Below are positions 17,357 to 27,143 of a stretch of DNA of 64,000 bases, piece by piece. Both the position numbers and the translations under genes were made by a program. The notes below the pieces were generated by a model, which saw nothing but the letters and a program-made list of their open reading frames with translations, did no database searches and was not told the DNA's origin. Within the stretch, counting starts at the first letter, position 1, and each line of letters starts with the position of its first letter. The stretch comes from a virus (taxonomy: Duplodnaviria; Heunggongvirae; Uroviricota; Caudoviricetes), in IMG/VR virus record IMGVR_UViG_2645727901_000008. The stretch is one strand, 5' to 3'.

Positions 17357-17771
17357 AGGTTTAACGCCAGAGCAACTGGCGGAGCGTAACGCTCAGTATG
17401 TGACGGAAATTTCCCGTCTTGAGAAAGAGCGCGCGGCGCTGGCGGCGGAGAATGCAGGGCTAAAGGCGATATGTGATGACTGTCGCAGGTTCATCATGAA
17501 TGGTGTGCAGATGGGTTATATCAAGGTGCCAACAGCGGAAACAGATCCAGACCTTGAGACAATACGTATTGCTATATCACCACAAAAGCCCATTCCAGCC
17601 ACCGATGCTTTTCTGGCTGAAGTCCGGGCACAGGGATTGGAGATGTTTGCTCAGAAATGTAACTCAAAATCAGAACAGTCGATTGCATCTGATATACGCG
17701 ATAACTGGAAACTACTCGGTGAACATGCCACTGACTTTGCCGCAGAGCTTCGCAAGGGAGGGAAACAGTGA
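17346..17771 (+). CDS. hypothetical coiled-coil protein
   Basis: AGGAG RBS. 141-aa ORF. Confidence 0.45.
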   Translation: MKSEGLTPEQLAERNAQYVTEISRLEKERAALAAENAGLKAICDDCRRFIMNGVQMGYIKVPTAETDPDLETIRIAISPQKPIPATDAFLAEVRAQGLEMFAQKCNSKSEQSIASDIRDNWKLLGEHATDFAAELRKGGKQ

Positions 17772-18016
17772 GTAATTCAGCACGACTACAGCTTGGTTTT
17801 TCACCGCTATCAAAAACCATCGTGTTGGCAAAAATGCGTGACTTAGGGGATGGAACAAAACGTCGTGTTGGCAATGATCGCGGTCGTGATGTAACCAACG
17901 AGGCCGCTCAACTCGTCTGGCATCTGGTCATGGCAGAAGGCGGTGAAATTAATTGGGAGCTGGATGATGGTTCGCGCATGGTATTGAAGGCAGAAAAGCA
18001 GGAGCCACCACAGTGA
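17768..18016 (+). CDS. hypothetical protein
   Basis: GTG start overlapping the upstream TGA. Lies in a run of coupled small genes. Confidence 0.35.
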   Translation: MSNSARLQLGFSPLSKTIVLAKMRDLGDGTKRRVGNDRGRDVTNEAAQLVWHLVMAEGGEINWELDDGSRMVLKAEKQEPPQ

Positions 18017-18306
18017 ATATCGACACCACGATAACGATCGATACGGCCCTCAACACAGGTTTGGCCCTGCTCGGTTGGTTTTACATCATGTTCAGTGCGG
18101 GGAAGTGGGCGGCCTCTGTTTTTCTAAAGCAGTGGGGAAAGCGCCGCAAACAGGAGATACGCCAGAAAGCGTTAGAGGCGTTCTATGACGCCTTTGAACT
18201 TAGCCGCATTGAGCCTGGCACAACAGCCAGGGTAGCAACAAAAGATGACCTGATGATCGTGATGTTCCGACAGGAGAAAGCAAATGGCAGCAAAGCGAAT
18301 GACTAA
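18013..18306 (+). CDS. small membrane protein
   Basis: TM segment GLALLGWFYIMFSAGKWAASVF. GTG overlapping the upstream stop. Confidence 0.35.
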   Translation: MNIDTTITIDTALNTGLALLGWFYIMFSAGKWAASVFLKQWGKRRKQEIRQKALEAFYDAFELSRIEPGTTARVATKDDLMIVMFRQEKANGSKAND

Positions 18307-18508
18307 TCGCGAACTTGTTGATGCCGCGATTGAACTTGCTGGCGATTTTTATTCCATGATGGGGTACACGCATCGCCCAGGCTTCAAATATTGGGAGTCT
18401 CCGCACCCGCAAGAGCAACGGGTATTTCAAATGGCCTGTCGCGCTTTTGAAGTTATTCGCGGTTCTGATGTGATGGACGCGATTGCTGATTTGGAGGATG
18501 AAGAGTGA
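18284..18508 (+). CDS. hypothetical protein
   Basis: 74-aa ORF starting at an ATG. Confidence 0.35.
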   Translation: MAAKRMTNRELVDAAIELAGDFYSMMGYTHRPGFKYWESPHPQEQRVFQMACRAFEVIRGSDVMDAIADLEDEE

Positions 18509-18816
18509 ACACAATTAAAGAAATGCCGGTAGAACGTGATGAATATGGCTGCTGGACACATCCGGAGTATGAGAAGTTTTGCGCAGGTCGTGAATATATT
18601 TCCACTGAGGAATTTGACGCCTGGATGAAGGAAAATAATCTTCAGTGGACTATTCGCAGTATGGATGAAGATGATTTTGATCTGGACGCAGCTGGTCCCG
18701 ATATTGCCGCCTGGGAACCGGAGCGACCAGAAGGTGAAGGCTGGTTTGTTGGCTCTATTCATGACACTGAAGATGGTCCAGTTTGTATCTGGCTGCGGGA
18801 GAAGGTTGCCGCATGA
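18505..18816 (+). CDS. hypothetical protein
   Basis: GTG overlapping the upstream stop. Confidence 0.35.
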   Translation: MNTIKEMPVERDEYGCWTHPEYEKFCAGREYISTEEFDAWMKENNLQWTIRSMDEDDFDLDAAGPDIAAWEPERPEGEGWFVGSIHDTEDGPVCIWLREKVAA

Positions 18817-19505
18817 TCCAAGCTATGCATGAAGTGAATTTATATAGCCGTATTGATGGTTCTGGCTACAGAAACATATGGGTAGTTGGTGATCTGCATG
18901 GTTGCTACACCAGACTGATGTCCGAACTCCATCGTGTGGATTTTGACCCGGCGCAGGATTTACTGATATCGGTTGGCGACCTTATCGATCGCGGTACTGA
19001 AAATGTCGAATGTCTGGAACTATTACAGATGCCCTGGTTCAGGGCAGTAATGGGGAACCATGAGCGGTTGATGCTTGATGCGTTAAGTCCTGATGGCAAC
19101 GTGAATAACTGGCTAATGAATGGCGGACAATGGTTCTTCATGCTGGACACTGATCAGGAAATATTAGCCAAGGCGCTGGTGGAGCTGGTAAAGCGTCTGC
19201 CATATATCATTGAGTTGAACACCGGACATGAAACTATCGTTATAGCCCATGCCGACTATCCAGGTGGAGAGTACCAGTTCGGTAAGGATGTATCGCTTTT
19301 TGATGTTGTCTGGTCGCGCAGTCGCGTCGGTGATTCGATAGATGGCATTGGTGGAGAAATCACAGGCGCAGATCGCTTTATCTTTGGGCACACACCGGTA
19401 CGAAGACCAAAAGCATACTGGAATCAGCACTACATAGACACGGGCGCGGTTTTTTGTGGAAATCTGACGCTAATGCAGGTGAAGGGAGGGCAGCTTAAAG
19501 TCTGA
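18813..19505 (+). CDS. serine/threonine protein phosphatase (lambda-phosphatase/PrpA-like metallophosphoesterase)
   Basis: GDLHG, GDLIDRG and GNHE motifs present. ATG at 18813 overlapping the upstream stop. Confidence 0.75.
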   Translation: MIQAMHEVNLYSRIDGSGYRNIWVVGDLHGCYTRLMSELHRVDFDPAQDLLISVGDLIDRGTENVECLELLQMPWFRAVMGNHERLMLDALSPDGNVNNWLMNGGQWFFMLDTDQEILAKALVELVKRLPYIIELNTGHETIVIAHADYPGGEYQFGKDVSLFDVVWSRSRVGDSIDGIGGEITGADRFIFGHTPVRRPKAYWNQHYIDTGAVFCGNLTLMQVKGGQLKV

Positions 19506-19531
19506 TCAAATCATTTACGCACTCAAAATGC

Positions 19532-19560
19532 GTTAGAACATTGATTTTAGTTTTCTAACA
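19532..19560. promoter_or_regulatory. inverted motif pair GTTAGAAC...TTTTCTAACA upstream of the 19603 gene
   Basis: Read from the sequence. Confidence 0.45.
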
Positions 19561-19602
19561 TATTATTTTACCACTCGGAACAAAACAGAGTCGGTATGCA
19601 TT

Positions 19603-20598
19603 ATGAGTGCAATAATCACCCCATATGTCGTAAATGAAACTGGTGTGGCTGTCTTTCCGGTAGACAAGCCCACCAGCAACTACATCGGCGCAGGTCGCCG
19701 TTTCATTATCTCACCACTTCCGCGAGAACAGGCTGAAAACACTCCAGATGGCGTAGTGGATCTGAATTATTCGCTGGTTGCCAACCAGTCGCTGAAACCA
19801 TTTTTTCAAAGCGAGCGCGTATTTAACGCGTTAGGCGGTGAAGATTCGCTTGTTCATTGGGTAAGTTCCAATATCCACGATTGCCAGGCGCACGATAAGC
19901 GCGATTGCAGCCACCAGCTAACCACTCATTTCTATAACGGCTCTGCCGTTCGCCTGTGCTGGAAGCATGATGCGGAATACATGATGAAGGGGTACAGCAA
20001 GCTGGACGACCAGTTATCCCTGAATCGCGCCAACTGGGTTATGAACTGGGCTGCGAGCGAGTTAAAACTACCGCCAGAACGCGATCTGAGCATGGTTGAA
20101 CTCACTTTTTGGGCCATTCGCCGGAATCTGAAAGATGAGCTGCCAGATGAAGCCGGGCGCATTGCATTTTGTCAGCCAAAAACTGAAATCCCTACCGGTA
20201 CGCTGAAAGAATCAGATATCACCTGGGAGCACAGTACCCGCGAGCTGGTGGACATAACCGCAGAGCAGATCGTCAACCTGTCTGTAGATGAGGATTCCGG
20301 CCTGCTTTATATGCGCCGACCAAAAGCGGTCCTCGGTAAAAGCCCAGCTTATCTCCGGTTTGTGGTTTCTCGTCCGTGCATCGGATGCGGTGGCAAAGTT
20401 AACCACCCGTTCATGTACCGCGCCCGCTCGTTAAACGAACACGACCGCTGGGCTGTTCCTCTTTGTGATGACTGCGCCAGAAGCGCAGAACACGATGTCC
20501 GGGCATGGGAAAAAGCACATGGCATACGCCTTTATGTAGCCGCTAACCAGCTTTTCGACTTCGCCATCGAGCGCGGAGTGATCACGTTCAATAACTGA
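19603..20598 (+). CDS. hypothetical protein with a C-terminal Cys/His (HNH/DUF968-like) zinc-binding module
   Basis: CIGCGGKVNHPFMYRARSLNEHDRWAVPLCDDC resembles the Ref C-terminal arrangement. Confidence 0.45.
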   Translation: MSAIITPYVVNETGVAVFPVDKPTSNYIGAGRRFIISPLPREQAENTPDGVVDLNYSLVANQSLKPFFQSERVFNALGGEDSLVHWVSSNIHDCQAHDKRDCSHQLTTHFYNGSAVRLCWKHDAEYMMKGYSKLDDQLSLNRANWVMNWAASELKLPPERDLSMVELTFWAIRRNLKDELPDEAGRIAFCQPKTEIPTGTLKESDITWEHSTRELVDITAEQIVNLSVDEDSGLLYMRRPKAVLGKSPAYLRFVVSRPCIGCGGKVNHPFMYRARSLNEHDRWAVPLCDDCARSAEHDVRAWEKAHGIRLYVAANQLFDFAIERGVITFNN

Positions 20599-20611
20599 TG
20601 GGAACAACGCA

Positions 20612-20911
20612 ATGAGTCAAGGTAACGGTGGTGGAGCTGCAAAGTGCAGAATCTCCACTTGTTTGATTAATGGCAGAAAAATAGAACCGTGCGCGGCGCT
20701 GGCACAATCTCTGGAGCAGGATGCTGAATACACGACGCGAAAAGGCCTGCTGAAATACAAAGTCTATAACCATGAATTAATTCATTCACAGGACCTGATC
20801 ATGCTGCGGTCTGGTGAATTTTCTAAATCGCCTATTCGAGTTTCATTTTGCCCATTCTGTGGTGAAAGTCTGAAAACGTGGGAAGCGGAGGCAACCAGTG
20901 AGCAAAATTAA
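20612..20911 (+). CDS. small Cys-rich protein (paralog of 22404..22667)
   Basis: Shared motifs CRI..C.ING..IEPCA.LA and FCPFCGESLKTW with its paralog. Confidence 0.45.
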   Translation: MSQGNGGGAAKCRISTCLINGRKIEPCAALAQSLEQDAEYTTRKGLLKYKVYNHELIHSQDLIMLRSGEFSKSPIRVSFCPFCGESLKTWEAEATSEQN

Positions 20912-21356
20912 CTATCAAGAACTGCGCGAGGCGGCGGAACAGGCAACGCAAGATGAATGGGTAGCATATATTTTGCCGGGTCATAACGGCATTTATCCTG
21001 CGCGCACGTCTGAAGGTAGGCATTGCGGATACTTTATTGACTGGCCTGGCATTGATGGACAAAGGAATGCTGGTGCTAATGCCCGTTATATCGCGGCTAT
21101 CCCACCAAAAGTTGCACTGTCACTCCTAGGCGAAATTAAGCGCCTGGAGGACAAAAATATTGATGCCATGTGCCAAATTGCAGAGCTGGAGAGCAATCGC
21201 GCGGCGCTGGCGGCGGAGCATGGTATTCAGATTGCAATAAATGAACTGCTTGCTCTGGCCCCGCGTCTGGATAAACGAGCGATGGATGCACTCTCTGTGG
21301 CTGTGGAGCACCTGTGTAAACTGATTAAGAAGGAGGCAGTCAGTGAGCAAAATTAA
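20898..21356 (+). CDS. Ead/Ea22-like family protein (paralog 1)
   Basis: MSKINYQELREAAEQATQDEW is the characteristic Ea22-like N-terminus. GTG start. Confidence 0.55.
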   Translation: MSKINYQELREAAEQATQDEWVAYILPGHNGIYPARTSEGRHCGYFIDWPGIDGQRNAGANARYIAAIPPKVALSLLGEIKRLEDKNIDAMCQIAELESNRAALAAEHGIQIAINELLALAPRLDKRAMDALSVAVEHLCKLIKKEAVSEQN

Positions 21357-22023
21357 TTACCAGGCACTGCGTGAGGCGGCAGAAAAAGCACTACATGGTG
21401 AATGGGGTTACGAGGCAGGGGCAATCTGGAATACCTGTGATAGCGGCTATGTTCAGCACATGGCAGCGGTCGAGACTGGCGATGATGTTAGCGATGAAGA
21501 GCATATGAGCAATATGCGTTTTATCACGCTCGCCACGCCAACTGTTGTTCTTGGATTGCTTGATGAGCTTTCTGAAGCTAAAGCTGCCGAAGAGAATGAG
21601 TCCAGTTGTGCTAACAGCGTTATCGACATCGCTATCAACTGGCAGATGCGAGCCAAAGATGCAGAAGCCAAGCTGGAAGCCGCAGAGAAGCGCATTGCGG
21701 AACTGGAAACAAAAGCGAACCAGCAAACCAGAATAAGCGATAAGAATCTGACCAGGCTGATTGCCGATGCTGACAAAATGCTGGGTATGCGTTCGCCGGT
21801 TATAGACAGCGAGTGGTGGACGCTTTTACGGCAGTTCCTGATTGAACTTCAGGATCGCCGCAGAAACAGCATTTCTGAATCTGGAATCCGTGCTGAAACC
21901 CTGAATGATTTAATCCGACATATTGACAGAAACCTGGATATTGACGCGATGAAATCGCCGTTTGAACTGTCATCTGAAATTGTGGATTACGTTAATAGGC
22001 AACTGCACAAGGAGAATTCGTAA
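21343..22023 (+). CDS. Ead/Ea22-like family protein (paralog 2, longer, coiled-coil)
   Basis: MSKINYQALREAAEKALHGEW. Confidence 0.55.
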   Translation: MSKINYQALREAAEKALHGEWGYEAGAIWNTCDSGYVQHMAAVETGDDVSDEEHMSNMRFITLATPTVVLGLLDELSEAKAAEENESSCANSVIDIAINWQMRAKDAEAKLEAAEKRIAELETKANQQTRISDKNLTRLIADADKMLGMRSPVIDSEWWTLLRQFLIELQDRRRNSISESGIRAETLNDLIRHIDRNLDIDAMKSPFELSSEIVDYVNRQLHKENS

Positions 22024-22242
22024 TGCAGGTGGCATTTGTTGGCCTGTTACCGCATCCGATCCGCCTTTGGGCGGATATGTCACTCATAAAAACGCATTTT
22101 TTTACTACTGATGGCGGCATTCCGGCACCAAAGCGCCGTCATACCGGTATTGCAGCGGCACGACGAGCAGCAAAGAGACGCAGGAGAGCAAAGCGATGAA
22201 AAACCGTAAAGCAAATAAAGTGGCAAAACAGGAGGCGGCGCA

Positions 22243-22407
22243 GTGAACCAGCAAACCAGAATAAGCGATAAGAGCCTGACCAGACTGATTGCCGATGCGG
22301 ACAAGGTGCTGGAGCGGAACACACCCGTTGCCGATGAGGAATGGTGGCAGGATTTCCGGGCTGCAATGCTGGAACTTCAGGAACGTCGTCGGGAGGAGTT
22401 GAAGTGA
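22243..22407 (+). CDS. short ORF (54 aa) duplicating the C-terminal module of paralog 2
   Basis: Near-identical roughly 70-nt stretch to 21715..21785 (NQQTRISDK.LTRLIADAD). GGAGG RBS. GTGA coupling to the next gene. Confidence 0.35.
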   Translation: MNQQTRISDKSLTRLIADADKVLERNTPVADEEWWQDFRAAMLELQERRREELK

Positions 22408-22667
22408 GTGAATTAAAGTGTCGAATTAATGGCAATCAGATAGAACCGTGTGCGGTACTGGCAAAAGCACTCGAATATGGAAATCCAGCCTTTAAGAGTA
22501 AAGGCATATTTATCCCGGAACGCGTGAATATAAATACCGGCGAGCCAGGCTTAGACATTGCTCAAATTCACTCCGGCCAATATGTCGGTCGTGGTGTTGC
22601 CATGTGTTTTTGCCCGTTCTGTGGTGAAAGTCTGAAAACATGGAAAAAGGAGGCAACCAGTGAGTGA
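22404..22667 (+). CDS. small Cys-rich protein (paralog of 20612..20911)
   Basis: GGAGGAG RBS before GTG 22404. Motif FCPFCGESLKTW. Confidence 0.45.
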   Translation: MSELKCRINGNQIEPCAVLAKALEYGNPAFKSKGIFIPERVNINTGEPGLDIAQIHSGQYVGRGVAMCFCPFCGESLKTWKKEATSE

Positions 22668-23214
22668 AGTTAACTATCAGGCACTGCGTGAGGTGGCAGA
22701 GGCCGCGAAGGGGGATACGACGTGGCAGAACCTACAGGCTTTTCATGCTGCGGCAACGCTGGAGGTTGTGCAGGCGTTGCTGGATGAAAACGAAAGACTG
22801 TGTCGCGATCTGATAGCTCGTAATGGTGAGATTGAAGGGCTTCGGGAGTGGGCAGAAGAACTGGAGGCACGGGAAGTGGCTTTGCCAGTAGCGTCATGCA
22901 TTGTTGAAGATGGATGCATGTGTGTTGATGGGTTCAGTGAGTATGTAGGTCACTCGCTACCTGATGGAATGCATGAGCTTTATGCTGCCCCACCAGCGTC
23001 GGTAGTGCCGGAAGGACTAGTTAAAGCAGTGCGTTTCTATGAACAGGTAAAGTGTGAGAATCCGCCAGTCGAAACCGGAGCATGGAAAGACGCTATTGAC
23101 TGGGTGCTCAAAGAGGCTTGCCAGGCTGTAAACATTGGCATCAAAGGAGAGAGATATGGCAACTTTAACAAAAAAAGAACAAGCATGGTTGAACGAATTA
23201 CAGGACGTTCTTGA
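22660..23214 (+). CDS. Ead/Ea22-like family protein (paralog 3)
   Basis: MSEVNYQALREVAEAAKGDTTW. Confidence 0.5.
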   Translation: MSEVNYQALREVAEAAKGDTTWQNLQAFHAAATLEVVQALLDENERLCRDLIARNGEIEGLREWAEELEAREVALPVASCIVEDGCMCVDGFSEYVGHSLPDGMHELYAAPPASVVPEGLVKAVRFYEQVKCENPPVETGAWKDAIDWVLKEACQAVNIGIKGERYGNFNKKRTSMVERITGRS

Positions 23215-23419
23215 TCGCTGTCCGTCACCGAAAAAAATAGGCTTTTACACCATTGGCGATAAAAACATTTACCTGTATGACCTACGCCGCATGGATGTAA
23301 TCATGGAGGCTCTTGATAATCGTTCGTCGATGGATTGGTGTGCTGCTGTCCATGATATGAATGCCGGATTTGATGAAACGATTTTGTTCCCCTCATCAGT
23401 TGAAAGCACTGCGGGTTAA
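23156..23419 (+). CDS. hypothetical protein
   Basis: AAAGGAGAGAG RBS before ATG 23156. Confidence 0.4.
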   Translation: MATLTKKEQAWLNELQDVLDRCPSPKKIGFYTIGDKNIYLYDLRRMDVIMEALDNRSSMDWCAAVHDMNAGFDETILFPSSVESTAG

Positions 23420-23429
23420 GGAGTAACAC

Positions 23430-23813
23430 ATGACCACTATTACCAAAGAACGTATTGAATTGTTCATTAAAAATCCGCTTGAAAACGGACTTACCCGTGG
23501 CGAACAAATGGAACTGGCACGAATTGCACTGGCCTCGCTTGAGGCAGAGCCAGTTGGTGCATTCCACATTGCTGAACAGCAAGTTGACGGCACAAGTGAC
23601 TACATCAAGGATGGGGAGTGGCCTATTGATAATGGGACAATTGAAGTCTACGCCGCCCCGCCAGTACCGGTAGTACCTGCTGCATTACCTGAGAACGACG
23701 ATGAGGACGGGCAGGACATTGATTATCTTGAGCCATCTGAAGTTTACGCGCTTGGGCGAACAGCTGGCTGGAACGCCTGCCGTGCTGCCATGCTTAAGGG
23801 AGATAAATCATGA
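23430..23813 (+). CDS. hypothetical protein
   Basis: 127-aa ORF. Shares a YAAPP..VVP motif with paralog 3. Confidence 0.4.
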   Translation: MTTITKERIELFIKNPLENGLTRGEQMELARIALASLEAEPVGAFHIAEQQVDGTSDYIKDGEWPIDNGTIEVYAAPPVPVVPAALPENDDEDGQDIDYLEPSEVYALGRTAGWNACRAAMLKGDKS

Positions 23814-24181
23814 TTAATCGTACCAAGCTGGAGCACATCCTCGAATATGCCAGACAGCAGAAGCGCTTTGGTCAGCATTGCAAAATTCCGCCAGGAGATA
23901 TGGTTGAAATCGTGGAGATTGCCATGCGTAAGGCTGGCAACTATCCGGTAACTCCGGATAGTTGGATAAGCTGTAGTGATCGAATGCCTGAAAAGGGCCA
24001 GAACGTGCTTATTTCGGTGAATTTCGATAGCTCTCTGGTTGAACCGCTAATATGCTCCGCACGCTATACCGGAAGCACCTTTCGGCGCGGAGATGCAACG
24101 ATTAAGCCGGGTAATGGTATTGAGCAAGCAACTCACTGGATTCCGCTACCGGAACCGCCGCAGGAGGTTAACCGTGGCTAA
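23810..24181 (+). CDS. DUF551 domain protein
   Basis: WISCSDRMPEKGQ...THWIPLPEPP is the DUF551 signature, common in enterobacterial prophages. Confidence 0.55.
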   Translation: MINRTKLEHILEYARQQKRFGQHCKIPPGDMVEIVEIAMRKAGNYPVTPDSWISCSDRMPEKGQNVLISVNFDSSLVEPLICSARYTGSTFRRGDATIKPGNGIEQATHWIPLPEPPQEVNRG

Positions 24182-24455
24182 CCTGCAACTTGCCGTCAAA
24201 GGTGAATACTTCGATGCCATGATTCGCGGGGAGAAAACAGAAGAATATCGCCTGTGTAATGACTACTGGAATAAGCGAATTATGTTCCGGGAATATGACC
24301 GCCTGATTATCACAAAGGGATATCCGAAGCGCGACGATTCCAGTCGCAGAATAGACGTCCCGTATAACGGATATGAAATCAAGACAATCACACATCCGCA
24401 CTTCGGTGATAAACCGGTAAAGGTGTTCGCGATAAAAGTGAAGATTAATAGCTAA
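24174..24455 (+). CDS. ASCH/PUA-like domain protein (probable)
   Basis: GTG start. FDAMIRGEKTEEYRL resembles the ASCH core. Confidence 0.35.
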   Translation: MANLQLAVKGEYFDAMIRGEKTEEYRLCNDYWNKRIMFREYDRLIITKGYPKRDDSSRRIDVPYNGYEIKTITHPHFGDKPVKVFAIKVKINS

Positions 24456-24478
24456 ATTTCAATTAACACGGAGTAATT

Positions 24479-24772
24479 ATGTGGCGCGGTAATAATCATG
24501 GCGGAAGCCAGATGATACTTACCGAATATACGTTCGACCCCAAAACCTATAAATCACGTTCAGTATATTTGCTTCGGCACAATAGCCGCGTAAGGAATAC
24601 CGTGCTGGAGCAAAATCTGACCGTTGAAATGGATAATTTTGGGAACTTCAAGCCAACAATTGCGCTTGATGATTTTCCGCGTGGTTTAAGCGAAAGAGAA
24701 GCAATGCTGAAATTAGCAGAATGGCTACAAAGATTAAGCATTGCTATTGAAGATAACTGGTCTGAACCTTAA
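24479..24772 (+). CDS. hypothetical protein
   Basis: 97-aa ORF. Confidence 0.35.
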   Translation: MWRGNNHGGSQMILTEYTFDPKTYKSRSVYLLRHNSRVRNTVLEQNLTVEMDNFGNFKPTIALDDFPRGLSEREAMLKLAEWLQRLSIAIEDNWSEP

Positions 24773-24778
24773 ATTTAT

Positions 24779-25153
24779 ATGATGACACTAAAACATTTTC
24801 TTGACCGCCCATTATGGGCGGCAGCCGCAGGCTATGATTTTAATTATATGGATTGCATGTCTTATACTGCCAATGCATACGACCATTCGTTCAGCCTGCT
24901 GTTTAATTCTTTAAGAATATTGCCGGAAACAGAAGTTGGAGAGCTTCATTTATGGCTATTGGGTTTTATCGCGGCTGTCGTTGGTATTGCTGTATGGCCT
25001 TTTATTTTCTGGCTGGTGGCTGTTGTAGTGTGGTTTAAGTGCAAGACATACCGGAAAAAGTATTTCTTAGGTGATGGAATGACTGATATTGCCAAAATGA
25101 ACATTGAAAAATGGACTAAGGAATGTGAAAAGAAATGGCGCAAAAAGAAATGA
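24779..25153 (+). CDS. membrane protein
   Basis: TM segments LWLLGFIAAVVGIAVWPFIFWLVAVVVWF. Confidence 0.4.
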   Translation: MMTLKHFLDRPLWAAAAGYDFNYMDCMSYTANAYDHSFSLLFNSLRILPETEVGELHLWLLGFIAAVVGIAVWPFIFWLVAVVVWFKCKTYRKKYFLGDGMTDIAKMNIEKWTKECEKKWRKKK

Positions 25154-25758
25154 CCAGAATCACTGAAGAGCGTATATCAGAGATTATTTCCCGTATCGAA
25201 ATGTATGGTCACGGAGCTGGATATACGGCAGATGAAGTATTGGAAATAGCCCAGCAGATGCTGGCCTTGAGACAAAAAGAGCAACATGAAAGTAATACGT
25301 GTAGATTGAATTTTGAGCAGTGGCTGGAACAGCAACGCGGGAAAATCGATGTGGACTGTGGTTGTGTGTCCACTGAAACATTCATGCACTGGCTGCGGGT
25401 AGCTTACGAGGCTGGCAACTATCCGGATATTCCGGATAGTTCGGCGCAAGCACCAGGGAAGGGGGGGTTCCCCGGAGAGCGGATCCGAATTAAGCCGCAT
25501 GTTTACCGTGAACTGGTTAACCGCCTCCACGATACAGCGATCAAGTGTGCTGGCACCCAGCAATTACGGGAAAGAATTAGCCGCGTTTTGGGCGAAGTTA
25601 TTACACCAGATCGTCATAAACAAGCCGAGAAAAGCGGCCTGGAAAGGAGTCATCTTGAGGCGGCATTAAACATTAAACCGGGGCATACGCTAGGTGTCAT
25701 TGATGCCATGTTGGTTCATGAAATGGCTAAGGCGTTATTGCCACTGGAGGCTGATTAA
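25135..25758 (+). CDS. hypothetical protein sharing its C-terminal domain with the DUF4406 protein
   Basis: KPHVYRELVNRLHDTAIKCAGTQQLRERISRVLGEV aligns with HIYRELVNALRDVAIECHGTDQLRARLSQTL (16419..17042). Confidence 0.45.
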   Translation: MAQKEMTRITEERISEIISRIEMYGHGAGYTADEVLEIAQQMLALRQKEQHESNTCRLNFEQWLEQQRGKIDVDCGCVSTETFMHWLRVAYEAGNYPDIPDSSAQAPGKGGFPGERIRIKPHVYRELVNRLHDTAIKCAGTQQLRERISRVLGEVITPDRHKQAEKSGLERSHLEAALNIKPGHTLGVIDAMLVHEMAKALLPLEAD

Positions 25759-25794
25759 ATTCCGGATAAAGCTGATATCTGATCACCATGCTAA

Positions 25795-25825
25795 AATCCC
25801 CTCAATTCACAGAGGGGATTTTTGT
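25795..25825 (+). terminator. rho-independent terminator
   Basis: ATCCCCTCaattcacaGAGGGGAT followed by TTTTTG. Confidence 0.65.
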
Positions 25826-25827
25826 AT

Positions 25828-26094
25828 ATGTTGCGTAGATTTTTAGGTAAAAGCGTTATTGTCGGTGCGATGTTGGCTATGTCTGGGTGTGCTATGGTGC
25901 AATACAATGACGGAGAAAAGGTTAGCATCCAGTCAGATGGTTGGTATGGCCTGGATAGCCTGCAAAAAACAGCGGATAAAGCCTGCCAGCAATACGGAAA
26001 GTCTAAAGCCGTATATCAGCATAGCGCGAACGCTAACCCTCATCTTGCGCCCGGTTCGGGTGTTCAGAATACCATCTGGAAATGTGAGCCTTAA
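25828..26094 (+). CDS. small lipoprotein (probable)
   Basis: Signal sequence with MLAMSGC lipobox. Confidence 0.45.
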   Translation: MLRRFLGKSVIVGAMLAMSGCAMVQYNDGEKVSIQSDGWYGLDSLQKTADKACQQYGKSKAVYQHSANANPHLAPGSGVQNTIWKCEP

Positions 26095-26096
26095 AC

Positions 26097-26345
26097 ATGA
26101 GCGACTGGAATATTGCAGCCAAAAGTCAGGAAGAACGGGATAAGGTTAACGTAGATCTGGCTGCCAGCGGTGTGGCGTACAAAGAGCGATTGAACATACC
26201 AGTCATAGCGGAACAGGTGGCCAGGGAACAACCTGAGCACTTGCGTGCATATTTCATGGAAAGACTACGTTATTACCGCGAGCAGAGCGTGAAACTACCA
26301 AAAGGAAGTGATCCGGTATATCAAAAGGCAGATCCACAAAAATAA
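26097..26345 (+). CDS. hot: Hot, homolog of DNA polymerase III theta subunit (HolE)
   Basis: [43 protein letters not shown] aligns with E. coli theta ([43 protein letters not shown]). Confidence 0.8.
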   Translation: MSDWNIAAKSQEERDKVNVDLAASGVAYKERLNIPVIAEQVAREQPEHLRAYFMERLRYYREQSVKLPKGSDPVYQKADPQK

Positions 26346-26420
26346 GCCTTTTCAATAAGCTATATCACCACCAGCTAAAAAATACATTCTGACTTGCATG
26401 AAATGCGCCCTTTAGCGATA

Positions 26421-26440
26421 TACTGTATATAAACACAGTA
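26421..26440 (+). promoter_or_regulatory. LexA (SOS) box TACTGTATATAAACACAGTA upstream of humD
   Basis: Perfect CTGT-N8-ACAG consensus. Confidence 0.75.
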
Positions 26441-26456
26441 TTTAGGAGGGCGTATA

Positions 26457-26849
26457 ATGGGATTCCCATCACCAGCAGCCGATTTTGCTGAAAGCAGAAT
26501 TTCGCTTGACGCACAATTCATCAAACGACCAACCGCAACATATTTCATGCGGGCCGCCTGCTCACATCTCCGTGAGGGGATTTTGCAAGGTGCAATGCTG
26601 GTGGTTGATTCATCTCTTCCACCACTGGATGGTTCTCTACTCATATGTGCCGTAGAGGGAGAATTTCGCGTAAAGCGATACCGCAAGCATCCTCGCCCAC
26701 ACCTTGAGGATCTGGAAAGCGGAAGACGTGAGTCACTGCCAGATGATGATGACAGCAGCTATTCCGGGAGTCAGGCCATATTCGGGGTAATCACATACAT
26801 CATTAACGATGCCAGGAGTGGGGAATTTGATGATTGCCCGGTGATTTAA
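26457..26849 (+). CDS. humD: HumD, UmuD-prime-like translesion-synthesis accessory protein
   Basis: MGFPSPAADFAESRISLD...ATYFMRAACSHLREGILQGAMLVVD follows the UmuD/HumD pattern. AGGAGG RBS. Confidence 0.8.
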   Translation: MGFPSPAADFAESRISLDAQFIKRPTATYFMRAACSHLREGILQGAMLVVDSSLPPLDGSLLICAVEGEFRVKRYRKHPRPHLEDLESGRRESLPDDDDSSYSGSQAIFGVITYIINDARSGEFDDCPVI

Positions 26850-26889
26850 GCTGCAAAGAGCTGGTGCTTTATGCTTGTGAAGTTTATAC

Positions 26890-26916
26890 TTGTGTACACA
26901 TAACGAGTACACGAGG
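26890..26916 (+). promoter_or_regulatory. phd-doc promoter/operator region with TGTGTACACA and GAGTACACGAG palindromic sites
   Basis: Palindromes lie directly upstream of the phd ATG, as in P1. Confidence 0.5.
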
Positions 26917-26921
26917 TGTTT

Positions 26922-27143
26922 ATGCAATCCATTAACTTCCGTACCGCGCGTGGCAACCTTTCTGAAGTGCTCAACAATGTTGAAGCCGGGGAAGAGGTTG
27001 AAATCACCCGCAGAGGCCGTGAGCCAGCAGTAATTGTCAGCAAGGCTACTTTCGAAGCCTACAAAAAAGCGGCGCTGGATGCTGAATTTGCATCCCTGTT
27101 TGACACCCTGGACTCCACCAACAAGGAACTGGTTAACCGATAA
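26922..27143 (+). CDS. phd: Phd antitoxin (prevents host death)
   Basis: [39 protein letters not shown]... matches P1 Phd essentially throughout. Confidence 0.9.
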
